A stretch of DNA of 64,000 nt from the NCBI GenBank assembly GCA_029259535.1, contig JAPHEF010000005.1, positions 97 through 64,096 of the forward strand. Reading direction: 5' to 3'. This document shows, in pieces, positions 18,904 through 30,238 of this stretch (position 1 is the stretch's first letter; each line of letters begins with the position of its first letter). Position numbers and translations under genes: made by a program. Below the pieces are notes generated by a model, which was not told the origin of the DNA, did no database searches, and saw only the letters and a program-made list of their open reading frames with translations. The DNA is from Candidatus Alkanophaga liquidiphilum (lineage in GTDB: Archaea; Halobacteriota; Syntropharchaeia; Alkanophagales; B39-G2).

Positions 18904-19569
18904 TCAGAGTGTGCTGCTCAGGGTCGCCAGCTTCCACACCGAATACAGAACGTAAACTGCTACTGGAATCGCGACCGTTATCAGGGCGTCCCGTATCGAA
19001 AGCTTTCTCGCATGCTTCAGCCCGAAGACCCAGAGGTTTGCGGCCCACAACAGGAAGAGCATACCGATTACTGACGAGAGTTGCATCATCGGGCTTGCCA
19101 TCAGGGCTGAAATGGCGTCTGCCACTTCCTCAGGGCTTGTGACTGTTGGAAGCTCTACGGTTGAGAAAAAATGATACGTGAGGGCTGCGCTTATGATGCC
19201 GCCGATTACGAGAGGGATGTAGCCGTAGCCGATGAATTCGAGGGTGCGTTTGAACGAGCCTTCACCGTTGAAGAGTGCAGAAATGCCGAAGAGAATGGCG
19301 GCAACGACGAGCCAGATAATAAATGCAAAAACGAGGGCACCGACAGCGCTACCAACAAGCATGACTGAGATAAAACCTTGCGCCTCAGGCGGGAGCGTTC
19401 CGCCAAGAATCCCTACAGTCATGAGGCTCGACAGAAAAGCAATAGCCCCGCTGGTCATTCCGCTCAGCAAAACGATAAACGCTGGCGTCTTTAAATTTTC
19501 CTCTCTTTTCAACCTTTCCTCAAAAAATTTGTCCGGGTTCGTCAGCACTTCTATCATTTCCCGCACCAC
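18904..19569 (-). CDS. Yip1-domain family integral membrane protein
   Basis: Five TM segments. N-terminal MIEVLTNPDKFFEE typical of Yip1/DUF1282-like archaeal proteins. Confidence 0.5.
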   Translation of the reverse strand: MVREMIEVLTNPDKFFEERLKREENLKTPAFIVLLSGMTSGAIAFLSSLMTVGILGGTLPPEAQGFISVMLVGSAVGALVFAFIIWLVVAAILFGISALFNGEGSFKRTLEFIGYGYIPLVIGGIISAALTYHFFSTVELPTVTSPEEVADAISALMASPMMQLSSVIGMLFLLWAANLWVFGLKHARKLSIRDALITVAIPVAVYVLYSVWKLATLSSTL

Positions 19570-19622
19570 GTTATCAGAATGACATAAAACTTCTGCGGTA
19601 GCGTTGTGTTGCGGCAGCGTGG

Positions 19623-20063
19623 TTAGCCGACGCCTCTACGACGGGCGGCTCGTAACCGCTTCACCATTTTCACTGCCGCTTCCACAGCACGCTTCGCATA
19701 TTCCACTCGTTCCTGCGCTTCGAGCCTTGTTTCACCTGGTCCTGAGACTCCAAGCGTCACCGGCTTCTCAAACTCCAGAGACAAATCCATAAGCTTGCGG
19801 GCGGCGTGCTGCGCCACGATTTCGTCGTGTTCCGTCGCACCCTCGATGACGCAACCCAGCGTCACAACAGCATCCACGTCCTCGTCCATCAACAGCGTCT
19901 TCACAGCGAGCGGCATGTCGAAGACGCCCGGCACCTTAAGAACCCGTTTGACGCTCGCACCGAGGAATTCTGCGTGCTCCCTACCGAGTATTTCCATCTG
20001 GTAGGTGATGTCGCGGTGGAACTCGGAAACCACAAACGCCAACCGTATCTCCTCTCCTGCCAT
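19623..20063 (-). CDS. ribH: 6,7-dimethyl-8-ribityllumazine synthase
   Basis: Lumazine synthase fold signature [21 protein letters not shown]. 146 aa. Adjacent to ribC. Confidence 0.75.
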   Translation of the reverse strand: MAGEEIRLAFVVSEFHRDITYQMEILGREHAEFLGASVKRVLKVPGVFDMPLAVKTLLMDEDVDAVVTLGCVIEGATEHDEIVAQHAARKLMDLSLEFEKPVTLGVSGPGETRLEAQERVEYAKRAVEAAVKMVKRLRAARRRGVG

Positions 20064-20072
20064 TCCAACACC

Positions 20073-21637
<1,565 letters not shown>

Positions 21638-21721
21638 CCGCTACTACATTAGCATTCTGATATTTAGCTTTTGTGGCGCACAAAAATAATTGACTTTCAC
21701 GGGGCAAAAAATAGGGAAAAA

Positions 21722-22537
21722 TTAGGAATTGCTCCTCCTTATAAGCAGCAGAAATACTGCGCTAAGCGTCAGCAATGACGGGAGCAGCGGCGTTGGGTAT
21801 TCAGGGACGGAGCATGTCTGCCAGAAATATGCAAGGATGTTGTCCAGAAGCTCCTCGTTGTCGGCTAAGTCTAAACAGCAGTTGCTCCACATCCACTCGT
21901 CGCCTATCGCCACTACAACACCTTTTCCGGCGGTGTCGTTGACCGCTAATAGACAGTATTTAAATGGCCCCACCATAAACCAACCTATCTCCTTTGAAGA
22001 GCCGGAAACTTTTATTTCACGAGCTGTGAGACCAATCGTCCCAATTGTGCCGTTCACTTCGGATAACCCTTTTGTTATAGGATGATATCCAAACTCATTG
22101 ATTACAGACAGCAACTTGTAGCTGCCAAACTCTATGCCAAACTCTTTGGTTATCTCATTGGCGTATGCTTTTTTTCTCTCATCCTGCGTGATAACGAGTT
22201 GCCCGCCGCTTTTCACCCAGTCTATGATGGCTTGCGCCTCTTCGTCTGGAATGTTCTTAACGGGCGTCAGCACGAAAAGCGCATCGTAATTGCTCAGCAG
22301 CGATGCATTCACATGCCTCGCATAATCCACAGTCCAGCCCTGCTCCACAAGTTCATTACGGAACTTACTCCAGAAAGGGCTGTTCTTATAACTGTACTGC
22401 ACCCAGCCGTCCTCCGATGGGCACCACCTCTTATACAGAACCAGCGCCTTCCCGCCATGCCACTCTGCGACTGCAGGCGTTATGAAGATTACGAGCAGGA
22501 GTGCCACTGCTGCCGCCACGAACACTTTTTTTACCAT
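21722..22537 (-). CDS. Secreted protein with PEF-CTERM-like (PEY) C-terminal sorting anchor
   Basis: Signal peptide MVKKVFVAAAVALLLVIF. C-terminal VPEYPTPLLPSLLTLSAVFLLLIRRSNS (PEF/PEY + TM + basic). Confidence 0.5.
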   Translation of the reverse strand: MVKKVFVAAAVALLLVIFITPAVAEWHGGKALVLYKRWCPSEDGWVQYSYKNSPFWSKFRNELVEQGWTVDYARHVNASLLSNYDALFVLTPVKNIPDEEAQAIIDWVKSGGQLVITQDERKKAYANEITKEFGIEFGSYKLLSVINEFGYHPITKGLSEVNGTIGTIGLTAREIKVSGSSKEIGWFMVGPFKYCLLAVNDTAGKGVVVAIGDEWMWSNCCLDLADNEELLDNILAYFWQTCSVPEYPTPLLPSLLTLSAVFLLLIRRSNS

Positions 22538-22802
22538 TCCTCTCCCCCCTCCATGCATTCACTGAGGTTCTATTTAAATTTTTCCGACGCAGAACGACGC
22601 CATCCCAAATAAAAGAAATGTAATTTGTCCTCATCATATTTTGACTCCAAAGAGAGGCTCTTTTCCGATATCTGATATTTTTCTTCGCATCATTTGAAAC
22701 AAATCCAAAATGTTCCGAAATCCTCATTTCGACGGGTGGAGCGTCTTCACACGTGGCGGCGATTAAAAAAGAAAAGGAGGCAGGGGCATGTTCATCCAGC
22801 CC

Positions 22803-23765
22803 TTAGACCTCCCTCTTCTTAAATATTAGCAGCGCTGCGCCGAATATCGTCATCGCCACCGGCAGCACTACTGTCGGGAACTCCGGCGCCGGGACTGAAG
22901 CCTCCAGCTCGTTGTAGCCGCTCAACACCTCGTCCTTCGAATCGCCGAAGATGTAGTAAATCCTGAAGCTCACAGAGTCCCCAGGATTCAGCGTTATGTC
23001 GTCCCACTCGAACAGTGCATTGCCGTCGAAATAACGACCGTTTGGGTCTGGCTCATCGACGTCAGTATTATATGCATAACGGTCGTCCCACGCATTTGCG
23101 TCGTGGGCGTCTGCGGGCGTGCTCAAAGATGTTGCGACCGCCGCATACGGATAACTATCACCGTCCCGGACCAGCATTATAGGCTTGCCGTCGCTGTCCT
23201 CCAAATAATCCCAATAGTCTGAAAATGTACGGTCAAGGTCCCAGTCCACGATACGCTTGTATTTCAAGCCCGTGACTGTGTCAGAGCCTGTGTTTTCCAA
23301 GGTTACTTCCAAGATGACGAACTTCTTGTCCTTCGGCAGCGTGAACTCATGCGTCAGCCGTATGCGCCCGTCTGCAGTCTCAACAACGTCCCTAACCTTA
23401 AACTCGTCGGCTGTGCTCAGATTCGTCTCTGAGACAAAGTTCAAACCGTTAATTCCATCAGCGTATGCGTAGCACTCATGAAGAACTCTCCAGAGTCGTA
23501 ATAGCCGACGAAGTAGCCTTCGCCCCACCAGCCCACCGCAAGGTGCTCATGCTCAATGCCAACGGGATACTGGGGACCGTAGCCGAGAGAATAGTCGGCA
23601 AGGTATCCATGGCTGTCAACGCCCATTTTTGATGTAAGTGGCTGTTACTCCGAAATCAGGCCCATAATCCATAGTAGGAGCGTCTGCATCAGATTGGGCG
23701 GCGGCGCACGGCGCTGCTAACGCCACTAAAATTACTGCTACCAGCACTGGTATCAGCTTTTTCAC
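22803..23765 (-). pseudogene. PEF-CTERM surface protein gene disrupted by two frameshifts
   Basis: Three consecutive minus-strand ORF pieces read as one protein: GTG-start signal peptide MKKLIPVLVAVILVALAAPCAAA (23765 down to a TGA at 23616); then 23441-23626; then 22803-23528. The C-terminus is PAPEFPTVVLPVAMTIFGAALLIFKKREV (PEF-CTERM). Confidence 0.5.
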
Positions 23766-24052
23766 ATACTCACCTCTTCCCTTCTTGACAGTCTTTTGAG
23801 TTTTTGAGGAATTATAAAAGATTTACGCTCTCCTCTCAATGATCAGGGAGATAAGAGGGGTCTACTTGAAAATTAAAGCTGTTTAGAAGCTTTTTTTGTT
23901 CCCGACTTTAAAAAATAGCATTAATTTAAAATGAATTTATAAGGATACGAAATTGTAATTTAAAAATGCATCGGAACCGGCGGCAGGGGCATCCGATGTT
24001 GTAATGAAAAGAGGTTAAATTAAGTGGATCAAAACAAAAGAGGAGAGGCAAA

Positions 24053-24484
24053 ATGCGAATTTCCGAATTCATAAAGCCGCCCGAAATTGAAATAACGATA
24101 GTAACGCACCGCAGCATCTTCCAAGCGGAGCATGCGCACGAGAAGCTCGGCGACGCTTACGCATCGCTCTCCGCCGAGATTCTAATGGACGCCGCTGATA
24201 TGAGACAAATCGGCGTGAAGGACGGAGAAAACGTGGAAATCCGAAACGAACACGGTTTCATCGTCGTTCGAGCGAAAAAAGACGAGGAACGGCACGAGGG
24301 CATCGCATTCATGTGCAACAGCATCTTCGCAAACCTCCTCGCCTCGCCCGCACCACCGCAAGCCCTACAACTGCAACCACAAGCTCAGCACGCCTTGCCA
24401 AGCCTTAAACGCATAAAAGCAAAAATCTCAGCCACTAAAGAAAATATAACCAACATAAAGGACATCACAAAACGTAAACTTTAG
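24053..24484 (+). CDS. Molybdopterin-dinucleotide-binding-domain protein (FwdD-like) with low-complexity C-terminal tail
   Basis: ADMRQIGVKDGENVEIRNEHGFIVVRAKKDE...GIAFM resembles formylmethanofuran dehydrogenase subunit D. Confidence 0.6.
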   Translation: MRISEFIKPPEIEITIVTHRSIFQAEHAHEKLGDAYASLSAEILMDAADMRQIGVKDGENVEIRNEHGFIVVRAKKDEERHEGIAFMCNSIFANLLASPAPPQALQLQPQAQHALPSLKRIKAKISATKENITNIKDITKRKL

Positions 24485-24523
24485 AGGCACAAGGGCATGC
24501 AGCACTCTGTAACAACCTAAAGA

Positions 24524-25180
24524 TTAATCACTGATGCCCAAAAGCTTTTTAGCCTCAACAACGGCATCAATGGCGTCTTCGCCATATCCGTCCGCTCCAA
24601 TACGCTCTGCCCACTCTCTCGACACCGGGGCGCCGCCGACCATAACCTTAACGCTGTCCCGGAGCCCTGCCTCTTTTAGTGCTTCGATGACTCTCTGCTG
24701 CTCCGGCATTGTCGTCGTCATTAGGGCGCTAAGCCCTAAAATGTCCGGATGCTCATCCCTCACCGTCTGCACGAAATCCTCAGTCGGCACGTCCCTGCCG
24801 AGGTCCACACATTCAAAGCCACTGGCTTCGAGCATCGTCCGCACAATCGTTTTCCCGATGTCGTGCACGTCGAACTGCACGACGCCGATAACTACCTTGC
24901 CGAGCGTCTTCCTCTCCCTCCGCTCCTTCTTAAGCTCCGGCTCGAGAATTTTCAACGCAGTGTAAAAAGCCTCGGCGGCGAGCATGAGCTCAGGAAGCGC
25001 ATACTCTCGCTCTTCATACTTGCGCCCGACCTCTCGCATGCCCTCGGACAAGCCTTTCTCTATGATTTCGTAAGGAGCAATGCCCTCAGAAAGCGCCTTT
25101 CTTGTAAGCTCCTCAGCGACGGTGTCGTCGCCGAGCAAAACAGCTTTCGCCAAACCATCAAATATCTCATCCCTCGCCAT
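24524..25180 (-). CDS. Methyltransferase cognate corrinoid (B12-binding) protein, MtaC/MtbC/MtsB-like
   Basis: B12-binding DxHxxG motif DVHDIGKTIV. N-terminal helical cap. 218 aa. Confidence 0.85.
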   Translation of the reverse strand: MARDEIFDGLAKAVLLGDDTVAEELTRKALSEGIAPYEIIEKGLSEGMREVGRKYEEREYALPELMLAAEAFYTALKILEPELKKERRERKTLGKVVIGVVQFDVHDIGKTIVRTMLEASGFECVDLGRDVPTEDFVQTVRDEHPDILGLSALMTTTMPEQQRVIEALKEAGLRDSVKVMVGGAPVSREWAERIGADGYGEDAIDAVVEAKKLLGISD

Positions 25181-25278
25181 GATATCGCCTATCTCGATTT
25201 ACAAACAAAAATACTTAAAATTTTCTCTTCCTTTTTTAAGCAATAATACTTAAATTAGGAGGCGTTGAAAACAATAGT

Positions 25279-26322
25279 ATGTCTGAAATGACGCCTATGG
25301 AGCGTTTCGAGGCGGCGCTGCGTGGTGAGGAGCCCGATAGAGTCCCAGTGATGTTCATGGCGTTAATGATTTGCGCAAGGGAGATAAACGTGGGAATGCG
25401 GGAATATGCCAAAGACGCCGAAAAGCTTGCAAGAGGGCAGCTTGCTTTCTTCGAAAAATACAAGCCGGACGTCGTCACGCCGGGCACGAACGTGTGTATG
25501 ACGGCGGAAGCCTTCGGCACGAAGACGAAGTTCCATGAGGGACTTACACTTCCCGTGACTGAGGAGTATGCAGTCAAGACTGCTGAAGACTGGGAAAAGA
25601 TTGAGGTGCCGGACCCGAAAAGAGCTGGGCGCCGTGGTGTCTATCTCGGCGCTGTTGAAATAATCTCTGAGCGTCTGAGAGGCGTGCCGATAATGGGCTT
25701 CATCATAAGCCCGCTGACGCTTGCGAGCTGGGTTGCTGACCTTTCAAGAGTCGTAGTGGACATGAAGAAAAATCCAGATTTGCTGCATAAAGGATTGAGG
25801 ACGCTGACCGATGCCGTGAAAGCAAGGATTGAGACCTCAATAGACGCAGGCGTGACGCACTTCATGCTCGTCTGCACACGAGCGAGCCGGGAGCTCTTCA
25901 AGGAGGAGCAGTATGCGGAGTTTGGCATGCCTTACGACTTAGAGGTGTTAAGCCACGCCGTCAAGCGTAAAGTGCCCATCGTCGCCCACGTCTGCGGCGT
26001 CGAGCCATTACTTAGCCTTATAATTAGGAAATACCCAATAGTGGGCGTGAACTGGTGGGACAGGGGCACGAAATTCAGCCTAAAGGACGTGAAAAATGAA
26101 TATGAGGTTACGGTGATAGGCGGCGTTGACCAGAACCGCACGCTGCTTATGGGGACGCCTGAGGACGTTGAGCGGGAGGCTGCCGATGCTATAAAGAATG
26201 CGGCGCCCGGAGGCAGGTTCATACTTTCTGCGGGCTGCGAGCTACCTGCGATCGCGCCGCCTGAGAATATAAAGGCGGTAGTGCGTGCCGCCGAGAAGTA
26301 TGGGAAATATGTGAAGGGATGA
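25279..26322 (+). CDS. Methylcobamide:CoM methyltransferase-like (uroporphyrinogen decarboxylase / MtaA-MtbA family), paralog 1
   Basis: URO-D fold. Conserved RVPVMF, HVCG, GGRFILSAGCELP. Confidence 0.8.
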   Translation: MSEMTPMERFEAALRGEEPDRVPVMFMALMICAREINVGMREYAKDAEKLARGQLAFFEKYKPDVVTPGTNVCMTAEAFGTKTKFHEGLTLPVTEEYAVKTAEDWEKIEVPDPKRAGRRGVYLGAVEIISERLRGVPIMGFIISPLTLASWVADLSRVVVDMKKNPDLLHKGLRTLTDAVKARIETSIDAGVTHFMLVCTRASRELFKEEQYAEFGMPYDLEVLSHAVKRKVPIVAHVCGVEPLLSLIIRKYPIVGVNWWDRGTKFSLKDVKNEYEVTVIGGVDQNRTLLMGTPEDVEREAADAIKNAAPGGRFILSAGCELPAIAPPENIKAVVRAAEKYGKYVKG

Positions 26323-27416
26323 ATATGAAGGTGAAAAAGGAGAAGATGACCTCTGCGGATAGAGTAATGCTGGCAATGGGCTTAGACGAGCCTGACAGGG
26401 TGCCAGTGGGCTGCTTACCACTGACCATCGGTGCGAGGATGGCGGGCGTCGCTGTTGACAAATATGCGCTGGATGCGAAACTTATCGCAAAAGGGCAGCT
26501 CGTTTTTTACGAAAAGTTCGGCGTTGATTTCTTGTGTCCGATGTCGGATATTGCGATGGCTGCAGAGGCGTGGGGCACGAAAACAAAGTTCGTGAAGACT
26601 TCCACGCCCTATACCGTCGAATATGCTGTCAAAAAGCCTGAAGACTGGGAGAAGATTGACAAGATTTCTGCATCAGAGTGGTGGGAGGAAGCTGGAAGGA
26701 TTCCTTTAGTTCTGGAGGCGCAGGACATCATCATTGATAAAGTGGAGTCAACAGTGCCTGTAATAGGATTCCTCGTGAGCCCAATAACGTTGGCATCGTG
26801 GATCGGCGGCTTGGACCGGGTTTCGATAGACATGATAAGGGCGCCGGACCTCCTGCACCGAGCGTTAAGGGTTCTCACGGAATCAATGATAGAAATGGCG
26901 AAGGCGTTGTATGACAACGGCATCTGCGTCTGTTATATGGTCTGCACGAGGGCGACTCGCGATATTTACACACTTGAGCAATACATGGAGTTCGGCACGC
27001 CCTACGACCTCAAGCTCATCGAGGGCGTGAAGCATTTCATGGTTCTCATGGGGCACGTCTGCGGCAGAGAACCGTTCCTTGAAATCCTAGCGCCTTTGTA
27101 TTCCTTCGTCGGCATTAACTTCTGGGACCGGGGCTCTAAATACGACATCGCATTTGCGAAACGCAAATATGGACGCATGACTCCGGTAATAGGTGGCGTC
27201 GACCAAACAAGAACGTTGCTCTATGGCACGCCCGAAGAGGTGGAGGCGGAATGTCTCGACGCCATCAGAAAGGCGGCGCCGGGAGGTGGCTTCATCCTAG
27301 CGCCCGGTTGCGAGCTCTCCCTTGAGACGCCTGACGAGAACATAGCGGCAATGGTGAACGCCGCACGCAAATATGGCACTTATCCTTTGGATGAGAAAAT
27401 ATTAGGAGGTGCGTGA
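26319..27416 (+). CDS. Methylcobamide:CoM methyltransferase-like (MtaA-MtbA family), paralog 2
   Basis: Same family as the upstream gene (RVPVGCLPL, HVCG, GGGFILAPGCEL). Overlapping start (ATGA coupling). Confidence 0.8.
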   Translation: MNMKVKKEKMTSADRVMLAMGLDEPDRVPVGCLPLTIGARMAGVAVDKYALDAKLIAKGQLVFYEKFGVDFLCPMSDIAMAAEAWGTKTKFVKTSTPYTVEYAVKKPEDWEKIDKISASEWWEEAGRIPLVLEAQDIIIDKVESTVPVIGFLVSPITLASWIGGLDRVSIDMIRAPDLLHRALRVLTESMIEMAKALYDNGICVCYMVCTRATRDIYTLEQYMEFGTPYDLKLIEGVKHFMVLMGHVCGREPFLEILAPLYSFVGINFWDRGSKYDIAFAKRKYGRMTPVIGGVDQTRTLLYGTPEEVEAECLDAIRKAAPGGGFILAPGCELSLETPDENIAAMVNAARKYGTYPLDEKILGGA

Positions 27417-28338
27417 GATGGCTACTAAGGAGTTTAAGGTTCCTGAGATTCCGGAAGTGCCGTGGGAGGTTCCAAAAGACCCTGAGCTTCAGCCGTTCCT
27501 TGCGCCGACGCCGCTCTGCGAGGCTCATCACCCCCGGATTAAGGAGGAAGCCCTGAAAATAACGGAGGGCGCCAGAAATCCGAGAGAAGCGGCGATGATG
27601 ATTTTCTACTACATGATTGACAAGATAAAGTTCGAGATGGAGCCGCCAAAGTCCGCCCTTGAAACTTTGGAAGAAGGCGGCGGGAACTGCTTTAACAAAG
27701 CGAGCTTACAAATTGCGCTGCTGCGCTCCATCGGAATTCCCGCAAGATACAGCCTCGACAAGACGAAAATAAAATTGATAAGGGTCGTAATTCCTGAGGA
27801 AATTTTCAAGGAAATGGCAAAAAAGCAAAGCTGGACGATTCATTTCTCAGTGGACGCCTACATAGACAGGAAATGGATACAATGCGACACGAGCTTCGAT
27901 CAGGCATTAGTGCCATTCCCCTACAACTGGAACGGGCGGACTGACCTATTGCTGCTGTGCCCGTGGTGGCGGCTTGGGCATATAGGGAAGACGCCAGTGC
28001 TGCCTGCCGACGAGATAAATGCGAGATTTGCAGAGCGTGGCTTCACGAAGGAGTTTTGCATGAAGAATATTCGCCCTTACATGGAGGCGTTGCGTGAGAT
28101 GAGCACCGTCGAACTATGCAAGTATTACAAGAGGATTTTAGGGCGGCGGGACGCCGAGAGCTTTGCGCACCTGCTCTTCTTCCACTTCGTCGGGCACTAC
28201 CGAGACATCAAATACATGCCGTTCTTCCGCCACGACATAGATTGGGATTCTTCGCAGCTCGTCTTTAAGGAGCCCAAATACAGCGTCGACATAGAGAAGC
28301 GGAGTGTGAGCGGACTACCCTTTGAGGTGGAATATTAA
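27409..28338 (+). CDS. Transglutaminase-like cysteine protease domain protein
   Basis: Catalytic Cys motif GGGNCFNKASLQIALLRSIGIPARY. Downstream His/Asp. Confidence 0.65.
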   Translation: MREMATKEFKVPEIPEVPWEVPKDPELQPFLAPTPLCEAHHPRIKEEALKITEGARNPREAAMMIFYYMIDKIKFEMEPPKSALETLEEGGGNCFNKASLQIALLRSIGIPARYSLDKTKIKLIRVVIPEEIFKEMAKKQSWTIHFSVDAYIDRKWIQCDTSFDQALVPFPYNWNGRTDLLLLCPWWRLGHIGKTPVLPADEINARFAERGFTKEFCMKNIRPYMEALREMSTVELCKYYKRILGRRDAESFAHLLFFHFVGHYRDIKYMPFFRHDIDWDSSQLVFKEPKYSVDIEKRSVSGLPFEVEY

Positions 28339-28411
28339 GGCGCCTGCAGCTCAAAACATTTACAAATTAGAAAGGTATATATAGGAATAAAGGGTTTGAA
28401 AGAAAAATAAT

Positions 28412-28729
28412 ATGGATACAGAGGAGCTGTTGAGGGATGCGCATGTGCTGCTGCATCCTATTAGGTATAAAATCATAGAGCTCCTGATGAACGATTCTTT
28501 ACACATAAGCGAGATAAGCAATAGGATACAGGAGGACCGGCGGCTTGTTTCATACCATCTCTTAACGCTGGAGGAGTGCGGTTTCTTGGAGAGTGCTTAT
28601 GAAATATCCTACGAGCCGAAGTCGAAAGGCAAAGCCTTGCGGAAGTATAAGGTGACAGATAAGGTCGGTAAAGTCATCTCAGAGCTGAAGAATCGCATTT
28701 CGGAAATTCCTAACTTCTCATCATCCTAA
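28412..28729 (+). CDS. ArsR-family winged-helix transcriptional regulator
   Basis: HPIRYKIIELLMNDSLHISEISNRIQEDRRLVSYHL HTH pattern. 105 aa. Confidence 0.65.
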   Translation: MDTEELLRDAHVLLHPIRYKIIELLMNDSLHISEISNRIQEDRRLVSYHLLTLEECGFLESAYEISYEPKSKGKALRKYKVTDKVGKVISELKNRISEIPNFSSS

Positions 28730-30025
28730 CAGCTCTAATTCTACTCCTAATTTTTTCAACTCCTCAAAGAACGAAGGATAAGAAATAGAAACGCATTCGG
28801 CGCCTTCAATTACAGTAACGCCGTCGGCGGCGAGTCCTGCGATGGCTAACGCCATTGCGATTCTATGGTCGCCTCTTGAATCAACGACGGTGCCGTGAAG
28901 CGCCGCATGAGTGCTACCCTCAATGACCAGCCCGTCTTCCTTCTCTTTTATCTTTGCGCCCAGCTTTGAAAGTTCCTCCGCTGTTGCTTTTAGCCTGTCC
29001 GTCTCCTTATGCCGCAGGTGCGCGGCGTTTGTTATTTCAGTAATGCCCTCGGCGACAGTGCCTAAAACCGCAACCGTTGGCACTAAATCCGGAATATCCC
29101 TTGCATCCACTCTGACGCCTCTCAGCCGTCCCACGCCCTTTATGCACACGACACCCTTTTCCTCGTCCCATTGGACGTCTGCGCCCATCTTTTTTAAGAT
29201 ATCCAAAATTTTCACGTCGCCTTGCGCCGACGGGAACAGGTTCTTAACGTAGACCTCACCAACGCTGCCTTTTGCCGAGCTCACGACGGCAGCCGCAAGT
29301 ATGAAGGCGGCGGAAGAGAAATCACCTGGCACCGTGAAGCGGCGAAGGTCGTAGCTCTGCGGCTCGACCTCGAATATTTCTTTTCTTTCGTGCTTTTTAC
29401 GGCGCACGGCTACGCCTGCCCTTTTCAAGATGTCAAGCGTGATGTTCACATAGGGCTCAGAACTTAGCCTGCTGACGATGATTTTCACAGGGTTTTCAGC
29501 GAGCGGCGCCGCAATGAGGAGGGCGGAGACGAACTGCGAACTGATACTTGCATCTATTTCGGTGCATCCGCCTTTAAGCCTACCTTTGACTATTAAAGGA
29601 GCGGTGCCGTCGCCCTTCGTCGAGAGCGCTTTGGCACCGAGCTCGTTTAGCGATTTTAACAGCGGCAAGTTCGGGCGGCGCCGCAGCGACGCATCTCCAG
29701 TCAAAACGGTTATCCCGTCGCAGAGAGCGGCTACAGCCGTGAATATCCTAAGCGTCGTTCCAGAATTTTCAGCGTTTACCACGTCGTCGGGCGTCTTCGG
29801 CTGCGTGCCACGGACGACAAGCTTATCTGAGCCTTTAAGCTCCAAGGCGGCACCGAACGCAGCAGCAGCGTTTATTGTTGCTCTCGTATCGCCAGAGAGC
29901 AGTGGAAAAAGAATTTCACATCTCTCAGAGAACGCAGCAACCGCTATCGCTCGATGCGTATAACTCTTAGACGGCGGCGCAAACACCTCCCCTTTTACCT
30001 CTGAGCTGCGGATTACTGCTTTCAT
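28721..30025 (-). CDS. aroA: 3-phosphoshikimate 1-carboxyvinyltransferase (EPSP synthase)
   Basis: PSKSYTHRA motif. Two-domain EPSP synthase architecture. 434 aa. Confidence 0.9.
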   Translation of the reverse strand: MKAVIRSSEVKGEVFAPPSKSYTHRAIAVAAFSERCEILFPLLSGDTRATINAAAAFGAALELKGSDKLVVRGTQPKTPDDVVNAENSGTTLRIFTAVAALCDGITVLTGDASLRRRPNLPLLKSLNELGAKALSTKGDGTAPLIVKGRLKGGCTEIDASISSQFVSALLIAAPLAENPVKIIVSRLSSEPYVNITLDILKRAGVAVRRKKHERKEIFEVEPQSYDLRRFTVPGDFSSAAFILAAAVVSSAKGSVGEVYVKNLFPSAQGDVKILDILKKMGADVQWDEEKGVVCIKGVGRLRGVRVDARDIPDLVPTVAVLGTVAEGITEITNAAHLRHKETDRLKATAEELSKLGAKIKEKEDGLVIEGSTHAALHGTVVDSRGDHRIAMALAIAGLAADGVTVIEGAECVSISYPSFFEELKKLGVELELLG

Positions 30026-30238
30026 CTGCTATTCATTTGTTCGACGTGTATGTAAATTTGCGTTATGCTTTACTTTCCATGCGTCGTTTTTTCCCACGTG
30101 CTTAGCTCATACGGGTCGCTCGTCTGCGTGGCGATGCGTTTAGCGCCTTAAGACTTCGCAAGAGCGTCGTGCTTTCCCTTTAAGATGAGCGAAATGTTAA
30201 TAAATAATGAGTAAAAATATGTTGGTGGAGAAATAGGG

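Noticed and set aside
25279-27416. Pyrrolysine (in-frame TAG) methyltransferase genes
   Set aside because: The two methyltransferases are MtaA-type MT2 enzymes with uninterrupted frames. TAG is used as an ordinary stop (for example at 4854-4856 after the PGF-CTERM basic tail).
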